Part shown: positions 30,106-39,545 of the stretch, one piece after another
Numbering within the stretch: the stretch's first letter is position 1
How the letters are laid out: each line of letters starts with the position of its first letter
Assembly: GCA_965228855.1 (NCBI GenBank)
Contig: CBDDIJ010000003.1
Coordinates: 1,824,001 to 1,888,000 of the forward strand
DNA from: Candidatus Obscuribacterales bacterium
Lineage (GTDB): Bacteria; Cyanobacteriota; Vampirovibrionia; Obscuribacterales; Obscuribacteraceae
DNA: 64,000 bases
Direction: 5' to 3'
The notes under the pieces: generated by a model
The model's database searches: none
What the model was told of the DNA's origin: nothing
Seen by the model: only the letters and a program-made list of their open reading frames with translations
Position numbers and translations under genes: made by a program

Positions 30106-31890
30106 ATGTTTATGTCCAACCCTTTGGGCTCAAACAAACCATCATCATCTGACCAGCCGGAAGAGAAACCGGTTAAGCCGGCTGATGCGGCGGAAAAGCC
30201 GGCGACATCGTTGTCCATTTCGGACTTGATGTCTATGAAATCTCAGTTGGGTCAGGGTTCCTCCCTCTCGACTTCAGACACCGGTGCATTCCACGCACCG
30301 GACCTCACGCTTGAATCACCCGCTGAACCTCGCTTCGACGGCTTACGCACCATCGATCTCAGCAGATTCCTCTCCGACAAGAATATCGCCAGAGATCTGT
30401 CGAAAACGCCTTCCATACAGAACGACGGTAAAGACTTTACCTGGCAAACCACTCATATGCTGGACGCCAACGCCAATATGGGGCTGACTATCCCGCTCGG
30501 ATTGCGCCAACACTTCCTACTACGAGGAGTGGACGCAAAAGCGATAGAAGAACAAAAGCTGCTTGAAGAGCTCAAGCTGAGACTGGCCGAGCTAAAAGGA
30601 AATTCGGTTAATGATGAATTGATAATAACCGAGGAAACCCGCCGCAGCATGGAAGAGGCGACCCAGGCGGCAAAGCGGTCCATGACCATTCCGGAGCTTG
30701 TTTCAAATAGTCTAAATTTAGCCCGAATCCTTGAGTGCATAGGCTATATTGAGGATGCCAGGAAGGCAGTAGCAATTGCGTGCTCAGCCGATCCCAAAAA
30801 CCACCTGGCACACCAAATGCTTCAGGAGCTTGAAAGAGTGCATCCCCAGGACATAGCGTTCGCCCCGATCACCGCGCCAACACCGGAACTTACAAAATCA
30901 AATCTAGCAAAACGAATAATCGATCTGTCTAGAGGCAGTATCGCCGTCGTCGGAGACCTGCTAATCGACGAGCTTCTGGAAGCCAATCCCACCAGAATCT
31001 CAAGAGAAGCTCCTGTTTTGATCCTCGAGCACGCTGACACAGAACACATTCCTGGTGGCGCCGCTAATACCGCTCACAATATTACCGCGTTCGGCGCAAA
31101 ATGCCATGCGATCGGCGTTTGCGGAGACGATGACTATTCAGACAAGCTAGCGAAGATGCTAGAGAAACATGGAATTACTCACGATCTGGTCAAAGATCCT
31201 TCCAGACCAACGACCGTGAAGACCCGCATTCTGAGTAAGTCTCACTCATTGATGCAACAGCTGCTTCGTCTGGACAGAATTTCTCACGAAAAAATCAGCG
31301 AAGAGATCGCCCAGAAGCTTGCTCAGAAAGTCCTTGATTCCACCGGCTCATACAGCGCGATCATCCTCTCCGATTACAAAGCAGGCGTGATTGTAGATAG
31401 CGTCGTCGAGGCTTGCCGCAAGGTGTCGGCCGACCGAAAAATTCTTTTGATCGTCGATGCCCAGAATGATTTCAAACGCTTTAACGGCTGCACACTCATC
31501 ACGCCGAACCAGCCAGACTCCGAAGAAGCAGTCGGATATAAAATCGACTCACCTCAAGCACTTGAACGAGCGGGCGCTGATTTGCTTGCACAAAGCAAAG
31601 CAGAAGCCGTTCTTCTCACTCGCGGCAGTCATGGCATGGCGCTGTTCCGCCGCCATGAAGGTTTAGTGGAGTTACCACCATTCAACAAATCCGAAGTATT
31701 CGATGTCACCGGAGCTGGTGACACTGTCGTAGCGACAATGGCTCTGGCACTGGTTACCGGGGCATCTTTCGTCGAAGCAATGGCGCTGGGTAATCTTGCC
31801 GCCGGCATCGTGGTGAAGAAAGTTGGCACTGCGGTGACAAGCCAAAAAGAAATGCTCGACACGCTGGAAACCATCTCTTTGTTCAAGTAG
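30106..31890 (+). CDS. RfaE/HldE-type heptose-phosphate kinase (PfkB family) with long N-terminal extension
   Basis: VVGDLLIDE, RISREAPV, PGGAANTA, RPTTVKTRI, SDYKAG, TPNQPD, DVTGAGDT. No adenylyltransferase domain. Confidence 0.88.
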   Translation: MFMSNPLGSNKPSSSDQPEEKPVKPADAAEKPATSLSISDLMSMKSQLGQGSSLSTSDTGAFHAPDLTLESPAEPRFDGLRTIDLSRFLSDKNIARDLSKTPSIQNDGKDFTWQTTHMLDANANMGLTIPLGLRQHFLLRGVDAKAIEEQKLLEELKLRLAELKGNSVNDELIITEETRRSMEEATQAAKRSMTIPELVSNSLNLARILECIGYIEDARKAVAIACSADPKNHLAHQMLQELERVHPQDIAFAPITAPTPELTKSNLAKRIIDLSRGSIAVVGDLLIDELLEANPTRISREAPVLILEHADTEHIPGGAANTAHNITAFGAKCHAIGVCGDDDYSDKLAKMLEKHGITHDLVKDPSRPTTVKTRILSKSHSLMQQLLRLDRISHEKISEEIAQKLAQKVLDSTGSYSAIILSDYKAGVIVDSVVEACRKVSADRKILLIVDAQNDFKRFNGCTLITPNQPDSEEAVGYKIDSPQALERAGADLLAQSKAEAVLLTRGSHGMALFRRHEGLVELPPFNKSEVFDVTGAGDTVVATMALALVTGASFVEAMALGNLAAGIVVKKVGTAVTSQKEMLDTLETISLFK

Positions 31891-32069
31891 AGCGGCTAAC
31901 GGAGCCACTACACGTCACTTGAAATTGAAACGGTTTCAACCTACGGAATTTGAGAAATAGCACAAAAAAAGCGAAAGAGCACGTACCCGACGCGCTCTCT
32001 GCAATTTCCATCAGTTCAACTCAAAATTTTATTGCGGTTCAGTAGCCGCCACGCCATTAGTTCTCGCTT

Positions 32070-32396
32070 CTAAACAGAAGCTTGATTAGCCATTCTCGCA
32101 TCGTACTTTGCGACGAATGAAGCGTATAAAACATTGTCGGAATTAGAAGAAAGACCTCGCACTCCGTCAACGCAGGACTTTTGCACAGCTTCCGGCAAAC
32201 CACCCAGAAGGGTGGCGTAGTGATTGGTAAGTTGTTCCGTGTACTGTTTGATGATTCTCTCGTTTGCTTGAATCAGATCCATAGCACTCGGTTTTTCATT
32301 TGCTTCATAACCTTCTTGTACAACATGATCGCCAATCGACATATTGTTGGAGTCAGCCGCTTCCATATTGAATTCAAATCCATTTGGGGTGGGCAT
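32070..32396 (-). CDS. hypothetical protein
   Basis: 108 aa; AAGGAG ribosome-binding site upstream. Confidence 0.6.
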   Translation of the reverse strand: MPTPNGFEFNMEAADSNNMSIGDHVVQEGYEANEKPSAMDLIQANERIIKQYTEQLTNHYATLLGGLPEAVQKSCVDGVRGLSSNSDNVLYASFVAKYDARMANQASV

Positions 32397-32623
32397 TGTG
32401 TCTCTCCTTAAAACCTAAAATTCAGAACCGCCGCATCGTGTGAATAGTTCTATCGCCGTTCGCCAATTGTTCGACAACACCTCTACGTGGAAACACCATG
32501 CTTTCTGGAAAAATATCGAAAAAGTTTTTCCGGTATGAGTGGGAAAACCACAATCGCCACGTAAAGCCGTAAGTAGTAACTTAAGATAATCGCCGATCAG
32601 GTGATGAACACAGAGGAAAGTGT

Positions 32624-32851
32624 ATGAATTCAATCTCTCCAACTCTATCTACTCCAGAGTTGATGCGGATTGCAGCTGAGCACAGGGGCGGGGGCAGAAG
32701 CCTGTCGCCTATCGACGAGCGGCTTCTTCTCGAAATGCTCAAAGAGCGCGGACGAGAAGAACTCGATTACGGGCAAGAGCTCATTGTAGACAGCGTCAAA
32801 ATCATCCGGCGTGTTACGGGCAACGTGTCGGTATTCTTTGGAAAGATATAA
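32624..32851 (+). CDS. hypothetical small protein
   Basis: 75 aa; AGAGGA upstream and a hairpin downstream. Confidence 0.55.
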   Translation: MNSISPTLSTPELMRIAAEHRGGGRSLSPIDERLLLEMLKERGREELDYGQELIVDSVKIIRRVTGNVSVFFGKI

Positions 32852-32877
32852 CTAAACAGCTCGAATGGAAACACAAC

Positions 32878-32915
32878 CGGCGCCTCTGTGGAAACACAGG
32901 CGCCGTCATTGTTTT
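32878..32915 (+). terminator. putative terminator hairpin
   Basis: CGGCGCCTCTGTG-GAAA-CACAGGCGCCG followed by TCATTGTTTT. Confidence 0.55.
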
Positions 32916-33046
32916 ACGCGAAGTTCTAAATCATATAGCTTCTGGATGCGCTGACTAACTAGACTTTCGATCTTCTCATAAGCGTCAAGACTGATATGAT
33001 GGGCGTTTGGACGAAGGTTACTAATATACAGAAGATATAAAACAGC

Positions 33047-33622
33047 ATGAGAAGACTAAACGCATTTGATACAGCAGTAATCGTAGTGGGCGTTTTTTGC
33101 GCAATGGGCTTTGGTCTCGCCAAAGCTGGCTATGCAGGAGTCGACAAGATTGTCGAAGGCAAAGCCAAGGTCGGAATCGATGTTTATCTGATCGGCTTGA
33201 AGACAACCGACGCTGATTTATTCACCGTCGGCGACAAATCCGCCATCACTATTAGAAACCGCCCGGTCGAGCCACCTATGGAAATCACAAAAGTGATTCA
33301 CTGGCCTCATAAAGCGTCCTTCCTCGCACAGGACGGCAAGTCAGCAGTGGCATTTACCGACCCGACCATGATGATTGAAGGGACCAATACTCCTATCGCA
33401 CACGATTTCCTGATCACAGTCACAGAAACTGCTGAGCGAACAAAAGATGGATACATCGTCAGCGGCAATAAGATAAAAATCGGCAACCAGGTTGAGCTGG
33501 AAGGCTTCAAATATAGAGCTCAGGGAGTTGTGGTCGATATAAAAGAAGTCGGAGCTGATGCGGCTGCATCAAGTGGAGCGCCAGTCAAAAACTCTGCCCC
33601 GAGTGAGGAATCAGAAAAGTGA
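33047..33622 (+). CDS. DUF4330 family protein
   Basis: N-terminal TM segment; ITIRNRP and GNKIKIGNQVELEGFKY resemble cyanobacterial DUF4330. Confidence 0.7.
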   Translation: MRRLNAFDTAVIVVGVFCAMGFGLAKAGYAGVDKIVEGKAKVGIDVYLIGLKTTDADLFTVGDKSAITIRNRPVEPPMEITKVIHWPHKASFLAQDGKSAVAFTDPTMMIEGTNTPIAHDFLITVTETAERTKDGYIVSGNKIKIGNQVELEGFKYRAQGVVVDIKEVGADAAASSGAPVKNSAPSEESEK

Positions 33623-35103
33623 GCTTCAGCGGTCTCTTAGATCGAACAGCCGAAAAGCTCTCACTGACATCCTTTGACCAATCCTGGTCGGATTCTCTGC
33701 GTAGCTCGATCTTTTTGAAACCTTTATTTGGTCTCTTTGAAGCGGTTCAACGAATGATGCCGCAGGACCTTGGTCGCATAGGCAGTATTCTGCAAAAGAT
33801 GGCGTTTGGCTTAAGTGTCCTTCTGTTCGGACTGATCGGGCTGCCACAGTTCGCAAGCGACAAATTCGCTCTGGCAATCGTCATAATTGCCGGACTTGGA
33901 CTATGGATTTTCGGACGATTACTGGGTGGCTCGGAGAGACGGGATTTCAGCGCTTATGATGCTATCGTGCTCGCTTACTTAGCTGCAAATGTCATCGCTA
34001 CATTTGCCTCGCACTACTTCACACCGAGCCTCAAAGGTTTAGGCAAAGTAGTCGTATATATAGGTAGCTATTTTCTATTCACCGCAGTTTTCGCGCACAA
34101 TATGAAGCGCAAGTTGATGGTACTGGGTATGGTGCTGGCCTGCGGCGTGGCACTTTCCTTGTACGGCTTCTATCAATATAAAATCGGCGTTGCGCCTCTG
34201 GCAACCTGGGAAGATCCTACGGTAGAAGGAGGAGGTGGTACGCGGATCTTCGCGACCTTAGGCAATCCAAATCTCCTCGCCGGATTACTGGTTCCGCTCG
34301 CCCCTCTGGCGATGGGACTGGGCTTGGGATTTCTCTTCGACTCCCGAAACAGACCGCTGTTGAAGGCCGGCGCGCTGATCGCAGTGGGCGCAAGCGGAAT
34401 TCTTGCACTGGCATCAGTTCTAACTCAAAGCAGAGGCGGATTCCTTGGATTGGCGGCCGGCTTTGGCGTCATCCTATATATAGGATGCGTATGGGTGTGG
34501 GTCAACCATAAGAAACTACGCACGGCAGTCATTGGCGGAGCAGTAGTATTGGTCGTATCGGCAGCAGCGGCAGTAGTTGTGATTCCATCCATCAACCAGC
34601 GAGTTTCATCAATATTCGCCGGCAGAGAACACAGCTCAAATTCTTATAGAATGAATGTCTACAGTTCGTCGCTCAAAATGTTCAAAGACAACTGGTGGAT
34701 CGGCACTGGTCCAGGGAACGAAACATTCCGGCTCGCCTACGGCTTATACATGGTGAGCAGTTACGACGCGTTGGGAACGTATTGCGTGCCACTCGAGGTC
34801 GCCGTTGAGACTGGAATCCCAGGTCTTCTGGCGTTCATCGCCATGCTCGCCTGCGCCGGAGCCAAGGCGCACGTCAAGTTCTGGGGTAAGGAGGAAGGCA
34901 CCCAGAGCTCGTCAATGACGTCCAGATGGGTCGCAGGCGGTTTAGCAGCCGCTCTGTTAGGGCTTATTGTACATGGAATGGTAGACACGGTCTTTTACCG
35001 GCCGCAAGTCCACTTTTTGTTCTGGTTGATAATTGCTTTACTAGTAACGAGTGATGAGCCGAAAAGCTCGACAGGTTCAGAAAATTCGATTAAAACGGCA
35101 TAA
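33619..35103 (+). CDS. ictB: IctB-family / O-antigen ligase-like membrane protein
   Basis: GVAPLATWEDP, RIFATLGNPNLLAG, SIFAGREHSSNSYRMNVY, GPGNETF, PLEVAVETG, DTVFYRPQV. Confidence 0.88.
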   Translation: MSFSGLLDRTAEKLSLTSFDQSWSDSLRSSIFLKPLFGLFEAVQRMMPQDLGRIGSILQKMAFGLSVLLFGLIGLPQFASDKFALAIVIIAGLGLWIFGRLLGGSERRDFSAYDAIVLAYLAANVIATFASHYFTPSLKGLGKVVVYIGSYFLFTAVFAHNMKRKLMVLGMVLACGVALSLYGFYQYKIGVAPLATWEDPTVEGGGGTRIFATLGNPNLLAGLLVPLAPLAMGLGLGFLFDSRNRPLLKAGALIAVGASGILALASVLTQSRGGFLGLAAGFGVILYIGCVWVWVNHKKLRTAVIGGAVVLVVSAAAAVVVIPSINQRVSSIFAGREHSSNSYRMNVYSSSLKMFKDNWWIGTGPGNETFRLAYGLYMVSSYDALGTYCVPLEVAVETGIPGLLAFIAMLACAGAKAHVKFWGKEEGTQSSSMTSRWVAGGLAAALLGLIVHGMVDTVFYRPQVHFLFWLIIALLVTSDEPKSSTGSENSIKTA

Positions 35104-35242
35104 CATTAGCACCGCTTAATGAAATCCAGTTAATCTTAAATTCAAATCTTGCCCGAGCCTACTCTTTTGAAATCCACCCTATAGCCAATACAGTTGAGGC
35201 ATTCAAAGGATCGACTCAAAATAGTCTTAAAGGTTCCTAATC

Positions 35243-35271
35243 TTGACAGACTGTGAACATTAAGCGATACT
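35243..35271 (+). promoter_or_regulatory. putative sigma70-type promoter
   Basis: TTGACA, 17-nt spacer, GATACT; about 140 nt upstream of the 35413 start. Confidence 0.5.
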
Positions 35272-35412
35272 AATTTATATCTGTTTAATGCGGCCCCATT
35301 TTGGCATGGCTGCGAACGTAGAAAAGTTACTCAAGTTACTCTCTCGGATCCCCAAAGTTTGAATCGAAAACGGACCTTTATTCGGCTGAGACCACACGGA
35401 GGATGCAGCCAC

Positions 35413-37671
35413 ATGAAACTAAATCGACGGAGAGGGGCAACACTAGGTCTGGTGGCAGTATGCGTACTGGTCATCATCGTCCTGGGCGTTGGCTTCTTCA
35501 TCCTTTCTCAAATCCTCGGCGGCGGACGCGAAGTCGCGAACGCCACTGACGCAGGTGTGTTGAACGTAGCAAGAAGAGCTCTTTCACCAACACTTATTCA
35601 AGTCCCGTTGACCGGCGACTCGCCGGGTAACCCGACGGACGACTTCCTGGCTGTTGGTATCGACCCTGCCGGTAATGCCAACACTGGCACCGGTAACCTC
35701 GACTCTACGCACAGAAACATCTCGATGCTCGGTCTCAACCGTATCGTCGCCCAAGCAGTCATCGTTGCCTGCAACGCTCAAGAAATCAATACTACCGCCG
35801 CATCCGGTCACGCACAAAACGTAGCCGCAGCAGCAAAATCAGTTGCAACACAGCTGAAAAATATGGTCGAAGGTGGAACGAAACTTCCGCCGGAATTCAC
35901 CAACGTTGCTCATTCGAACAACACCAAGATGTTCCAGGGCAATAAAGTCACCCTGACGAGCCTCCAGACCGGATTCCTCCGTCCCGGCTTATCAACCAAC
36001 GTTTATATCTCGCCTGGTTTGACCTCGGCGATTAACGTTTCAATGCCGAGCAACTTGAAGTCGAACCATCACTTCCCGAATGCTCTAACGCATGACCTTT
36101 CCAGACAAGATCAGTACATGGCAGGATACATCAACTTCTCCGTACCGGCTGGACCGGGTGGACCCGTTGAAATTTCCGGCGTTCCGATCTTCCCGAAACA
36201 AAAACCTCACTTGGTCGACATCGGCGAATTCAACGCCGGTTCGAGCTCGCCATCGGGTGTCAACTACCTGCCACCTAACGCATTCCGCGCCAATAGCCAG
36301 ACCCAGGAGAATAATTCTTCCGGATTCGGTGGAGCGGTTGCATGCGCACTGGTTGGTGCTCTCGACCAGGACTTTGCCGCTTCGGTTCCAAGAGGATACA
36401 TCCGTATCAAGAACGGACCTGATGCAGGCGCAGCTCACTCATCGATTATTTCGAACCCGGTTGTCGACGGACAAAACGACGTGTTCAACAACGAACTGTG
36501 GCCACCGAACGGCGGCGGCGTCGATATCACCAACAATGGAATTTATGCTCTGAACTCGGAAACCGCAGCTCAGAACTACCTTTCACAGGTCCTCGCGTAC
36601 AATGCAGATAATACAAAACCGGAACCAGATTGGTTGAACCCTCCTTCGGCTCTTCAAATCCTCACCGGTACCGGCGGCGGACACAGAAGTCCAAACGAGC
36701 TTGAACTCAAAGCAGCCGGCACGTCCAAACAGCAGTGCGACGCTCTCACTCTGTGGGATGCACCTTGCAATCACTGGGCACCAGATCCGAACACCGGAGC
36801 AGTCCCTGGTGACAGCAGTATCGTCACCGCTCTTCAAGATCAGTATCACGCTAACAGCACTCAGAACAACCCCGGTTCAAACAATGGCTACACCGCAGTT
36901 GAAGTGCAAAAGCATGACCTGCTCTCACATCGCTACGGCGGTTCCAAGTGCTCGTCCGTCGTTGCCATCGGACGTGACGGCTCCACCAAGTACGGTATGA
37001 AGCAATTCGAGCCATCGGGTTGCTACGCGACACCGCACTCCAACGTCGCCTTCGGCGCACCTGGCTCGCCTCTGGCTTACCTCCAACAAATTGGTAACCA
37101 GGGATGGAAAGGATCGAGAGGCTCTACAGGTACCCTCCCGTCCGGTCCGTTCGCGTCGGCAAGCGCCGACAACCACTCCGGTTCGGCAGCATGCCAGGAT
37201 GACATCATCGACAGAATCTGGAAGAGAATGAGACAAGTCGATCCCAGTATTCCTAGAGATAAAGTTGAGTTGGCACTCTCGCAACAGCCTCTCGAATTGG
37301 GTGAAACCTTGTACCTCCATTGCCCTGGTCCTGGTACCGTAACCATGACCTCCGCAACACCAGCTGATTACTTCAGCTCCGGAGTGCCTAACGATGGCGC
37401 ATCGTCAGCGGCGATCTACAACTGCGAAAACCAGTACAACATCTCCAACACGATCGTCAACGCCAAGCATGGTAGTGGTTCACCGAACGTGAGCTGTCAC
37501 GCAACCGGTGATGCTAACTTCCACGACAGACCATACACCGAAGGTCCTGACTTCCTCCCTGGAATCGACCGCGCGGTATGGACGCCTTCAACAGGATGGA
37601 GAAACCTCCTCGGCGAAATCGAATTCCAAAACGAAGCCGGTGGAGCAGGTACATTCTGCAAACCTAACTAA
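35413..37671 (+). CDS. large Tad/TadG-like N-anchored extracellular protein
   Basis: ATG 35413 after GGAGGA; RRRGATLGLVAV hydrophobic helix then ATDAGVLNVA (TadG/TadE-like pattern); Gly/Asn/Ser/Cys-rich body. Confidence 0.65.
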   Translation: MKLNRRRGATLGLVAVCVLVIIVLGVGFFILSQILGGGREVANATDAGVLNVARRALSPTLIQVPLTGDSPGNPTDDFLAVGIDPAGNANTGTGNLDSTHRNISMLGLNRIVAQAVIVACNAQEINTTAASGHAQNVAAAAKSVATQLKNMVEGGTKLPPEFTNVAHSNNTKMFQGNKVTLTSLQTGFLRPGLSTNVYISPGLTSAINVSMPSNLKSNHHFPNALTHDLSRQDQYMAGYINFSVPAGPGGPVEISGVPIFPKQKPHLVDIGEFNAGSSSPSGVNYLPPNAFRANSQTQENNSSGFGGAVACALVGALDQDFAASVPRGYIRIKNGPDAGAAHSSIISNPVVDGQNDVFNNELWPPNGGGVDITNNGIYALNSETAAQNYLSQVLAYNADNTKPEPDWLNPPSALQILTGTGGGHRSPNELELKAAGTSKQQCDALTLWDAPCNHWAPDPNTGAVPGDSSIVTALQDQYHANSTQNNPGSNNGYTAVEVQKHDLLSHRYGGSKCSSVVAIGRDGSTKYGMKQFEPSGCYATPHSNVAFGAPGSPLAYLQQIGNQGWKGSRGSTGTLPSGPFASASADNHSGSAACQDDIIDRIWKRMRQVDPSIPRDKVELALSQQPLELGETLYLHCPGPGTVTMTSATPADYFSSGVPNDGASSAAIYNCENQYNISNTIVNAKHGSGSPNVSCHATGDANFHDRPYTEGPDFLPGIDRAVWTPSTGWRNLLGEIEFQNEAGGAGTFCKPN

Positions 37672-37692
37672 TCAATCAACTGACCGAGATGA

Positions 37693-37738
37693 CGAGGACC
37701 CGCCTCCCCGCGATAGCAGAGAGGCGGGTTCTTCGTTT
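37693..37738 (+). terminator. putative intrinsic terminator
   Basis: Hairpin GAGGACCCGCCTC...GAGGCGGGTTCTTC followed by GTTT. Confidence 0.6.
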
Positions 37739-37838
37739 CAATCTTGGATCAGAACCTAGAAAAGTGGCACCAGTCCCGAAAGGCACATCTCCAATTGTGG
37801 TAAATTGAAATAAATCGCTCGACTACACGGGAGGACAA

Positions 37839-38369
37839 ATGAAGAGGTTTAGAATCGCGACTCAGATCGCCATGACGCTAGTCGTTGGATCACTCGGATT
37901 TTTCAGCACGATGGCTGACGCTCAAGCCCCAAAAACGCCGACGCAACAGTATAGACGCCAGCAGATGGCAAGAAATTACGGCGCTCCGGTTCGCCGAGAA
38001 CAACCAAGTGAGTACAAAGCGAATGTCCTTGATCGCGATGTAGTTCTACCAAATCTTCCCGGCTATACGGGAAAACAAGTTTTCGTATCCGGTTTGATCT
38101 ATCCAAACGCGCGCAACTCGCCAGGATACATGGTCACGTACAATACAGAACACACCAAGGATCAGGTAAAACAGTGGTGGATGAACGCACTGAATATGCC
38201 ACCATGGAAAGTGACTTTTACTGACTCCAGCTCGATTCAAGCGGTGTCAAAAGACGGTGCAAAAGTCACGGTTTCACCAGGCATTAGCGTGACGACCACG
38301 GCTGAGAAACGCAAAGGAATGCATGGAAGCTACATTGTGTATTACCACGACAATGGCAAGCCACGCTAA
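37839..38369 (+). CDS. hypothetical secreted protein
   Basis: GGAGG ribosome-binding site; signal peptide ending ADA. Confidence 0.7.
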   Translation: MKRFRIATQIAMTLVVGSLGFFSTMADAQAPKTPTQQYRRQQMARNYGAPVRREQPSEYKANVLDRDVVLPNLPGYTGKQVFVSGLIYPNARNSPGYMVTYNTEHTKDQVKQWWMNALNMPPWKVTFTDSSSIQAVSKDGAKVTVSPGISVTTTAEKRKGMHGSYIVYYHDNGKPR

Positions 38370-38405
38370 ACATCGGAAACGAACTTATCAGCTTGCGTAA
38401 AGCGT

Positions 38406-39314
38406 GTGCGTCAAAAACTTCGACGACTCTCAAGAATAACCGCGATGATCTTTCTGCTGAGCACAAGCTTGGTATCCCTTTCTTCGTGTCGTGCAAATGA
38501 ACTGATGTTGGGGAACCAGGCGAGATCCGGTGAGATGGATATCGCTTTGAATAAGGTTGCAAGCTTTAATTACCTTTCTCGCAGTCAGATTCTTGCAATA
38601 CGAAGCGCGCAGGTTTCAAAATTTGCGGATCTGCTGCAAAAACCATACGAGCCAAATCACTTTGTTTTCGATCAAATTGTCGACAACAAGCCGTGGTGGG
38701 GAATGCATGGTGCCTTCGTCTTCGGCGAAGGACAAAGAAGTATCGAAGGTCCATCGGAAGAATCACGCTTCGTTCTCAATCCATATCTATTAGTAGCGGC
38801 GTCATCCTGGTCAGCCGAAATCTGGAACAAAGAAAAGATTTCAGAGGAGGATCTGACACAGCCGGATTTTCCATTCTGCTGGAATCCCGTTTCCTTGCGC
38901 TTCTCGCCGAAGGAGAAAACTGTTTCCGCGACCTACGATGTATCATCCTTCAATCGCAGTTTGGAAAAATGGCAAGACAAGATTATAGATAGATCGCCGA
39001 TCGACGATTTCGGTTTAGTCGCATATAACGCGCGTGACTTCGGATTCAACTACATCTTCGTCCCTGTCGATCAATGCACTAACGTGAAAAATCTGAACAA
39101 TGCGCCCGGTCCCACCGACATCAAGCAATACATACACTGCGGAAACACCTGCAAATACTCAGGCGATTGCAATAACATGAGCCCAGCACAAGAGCCTATA
39201 GATCACTTCAAGTTCACAGCACTCCCGGCAGAAGTGAAAGTTCTTCTCTGGAAGGAAAAACCAAAGAGCACTCAAGCCTCGCCTGACATGACCGTTTTCA
39301 TCAAGCTACAGTAG
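38406..39314 (+). CDS. hypothetical lipoprotein
   Basis: Lipobox-like LSSC; Cys cluster HCGNTCKYSGDCNN. Confidence 0.65.
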   Translation: MRQKLRRLSRITAMIFLLSTSLVSLSSCRANELMLGNQARSGEMDIALNKVASFNYLSRSQILAIRSAQVSKFADLLQKPYEPNHFVFDQIVDNKPWWGMHGAFVFGEGQRSIEGPSEESRFVLNPYLLVAASSWSAEIWNKEKISEEDLTQPDFPFCWNPVSLRFSPKEKTVSATYDVSSFNRSLEKWQDKIIDRSPIDDFGLVAYNARDFGFNYIFVPVDQCTNVKNLNNAPGPTDIKQYIHCGNTCKYSGDCNNMSPAQEPIDHFKFTALPAEVKVLLWKEKPKSTQASPDMTVFIKLQ

Positions 39315-39545
39315 CACCTCAGTCACCGCTCCAACGCAAACAACTCGTCTATCGCAATTGTGAGCTCATCACTTTTGCGGTCGGTCAACAACGCGCTTTG
39401 TCCTTATGGCACACGGAGAAGCAGCAGGGGCGGTCTTTGATCGACTTTTATGTGAATGTTATGTTGCGCAGGCAGAATCTAAATCACCAGCCACTAGCGA
39501 GCCACGAAGCGCTCCAGCTCACTATTTTTAACCGGAGATACAAAA

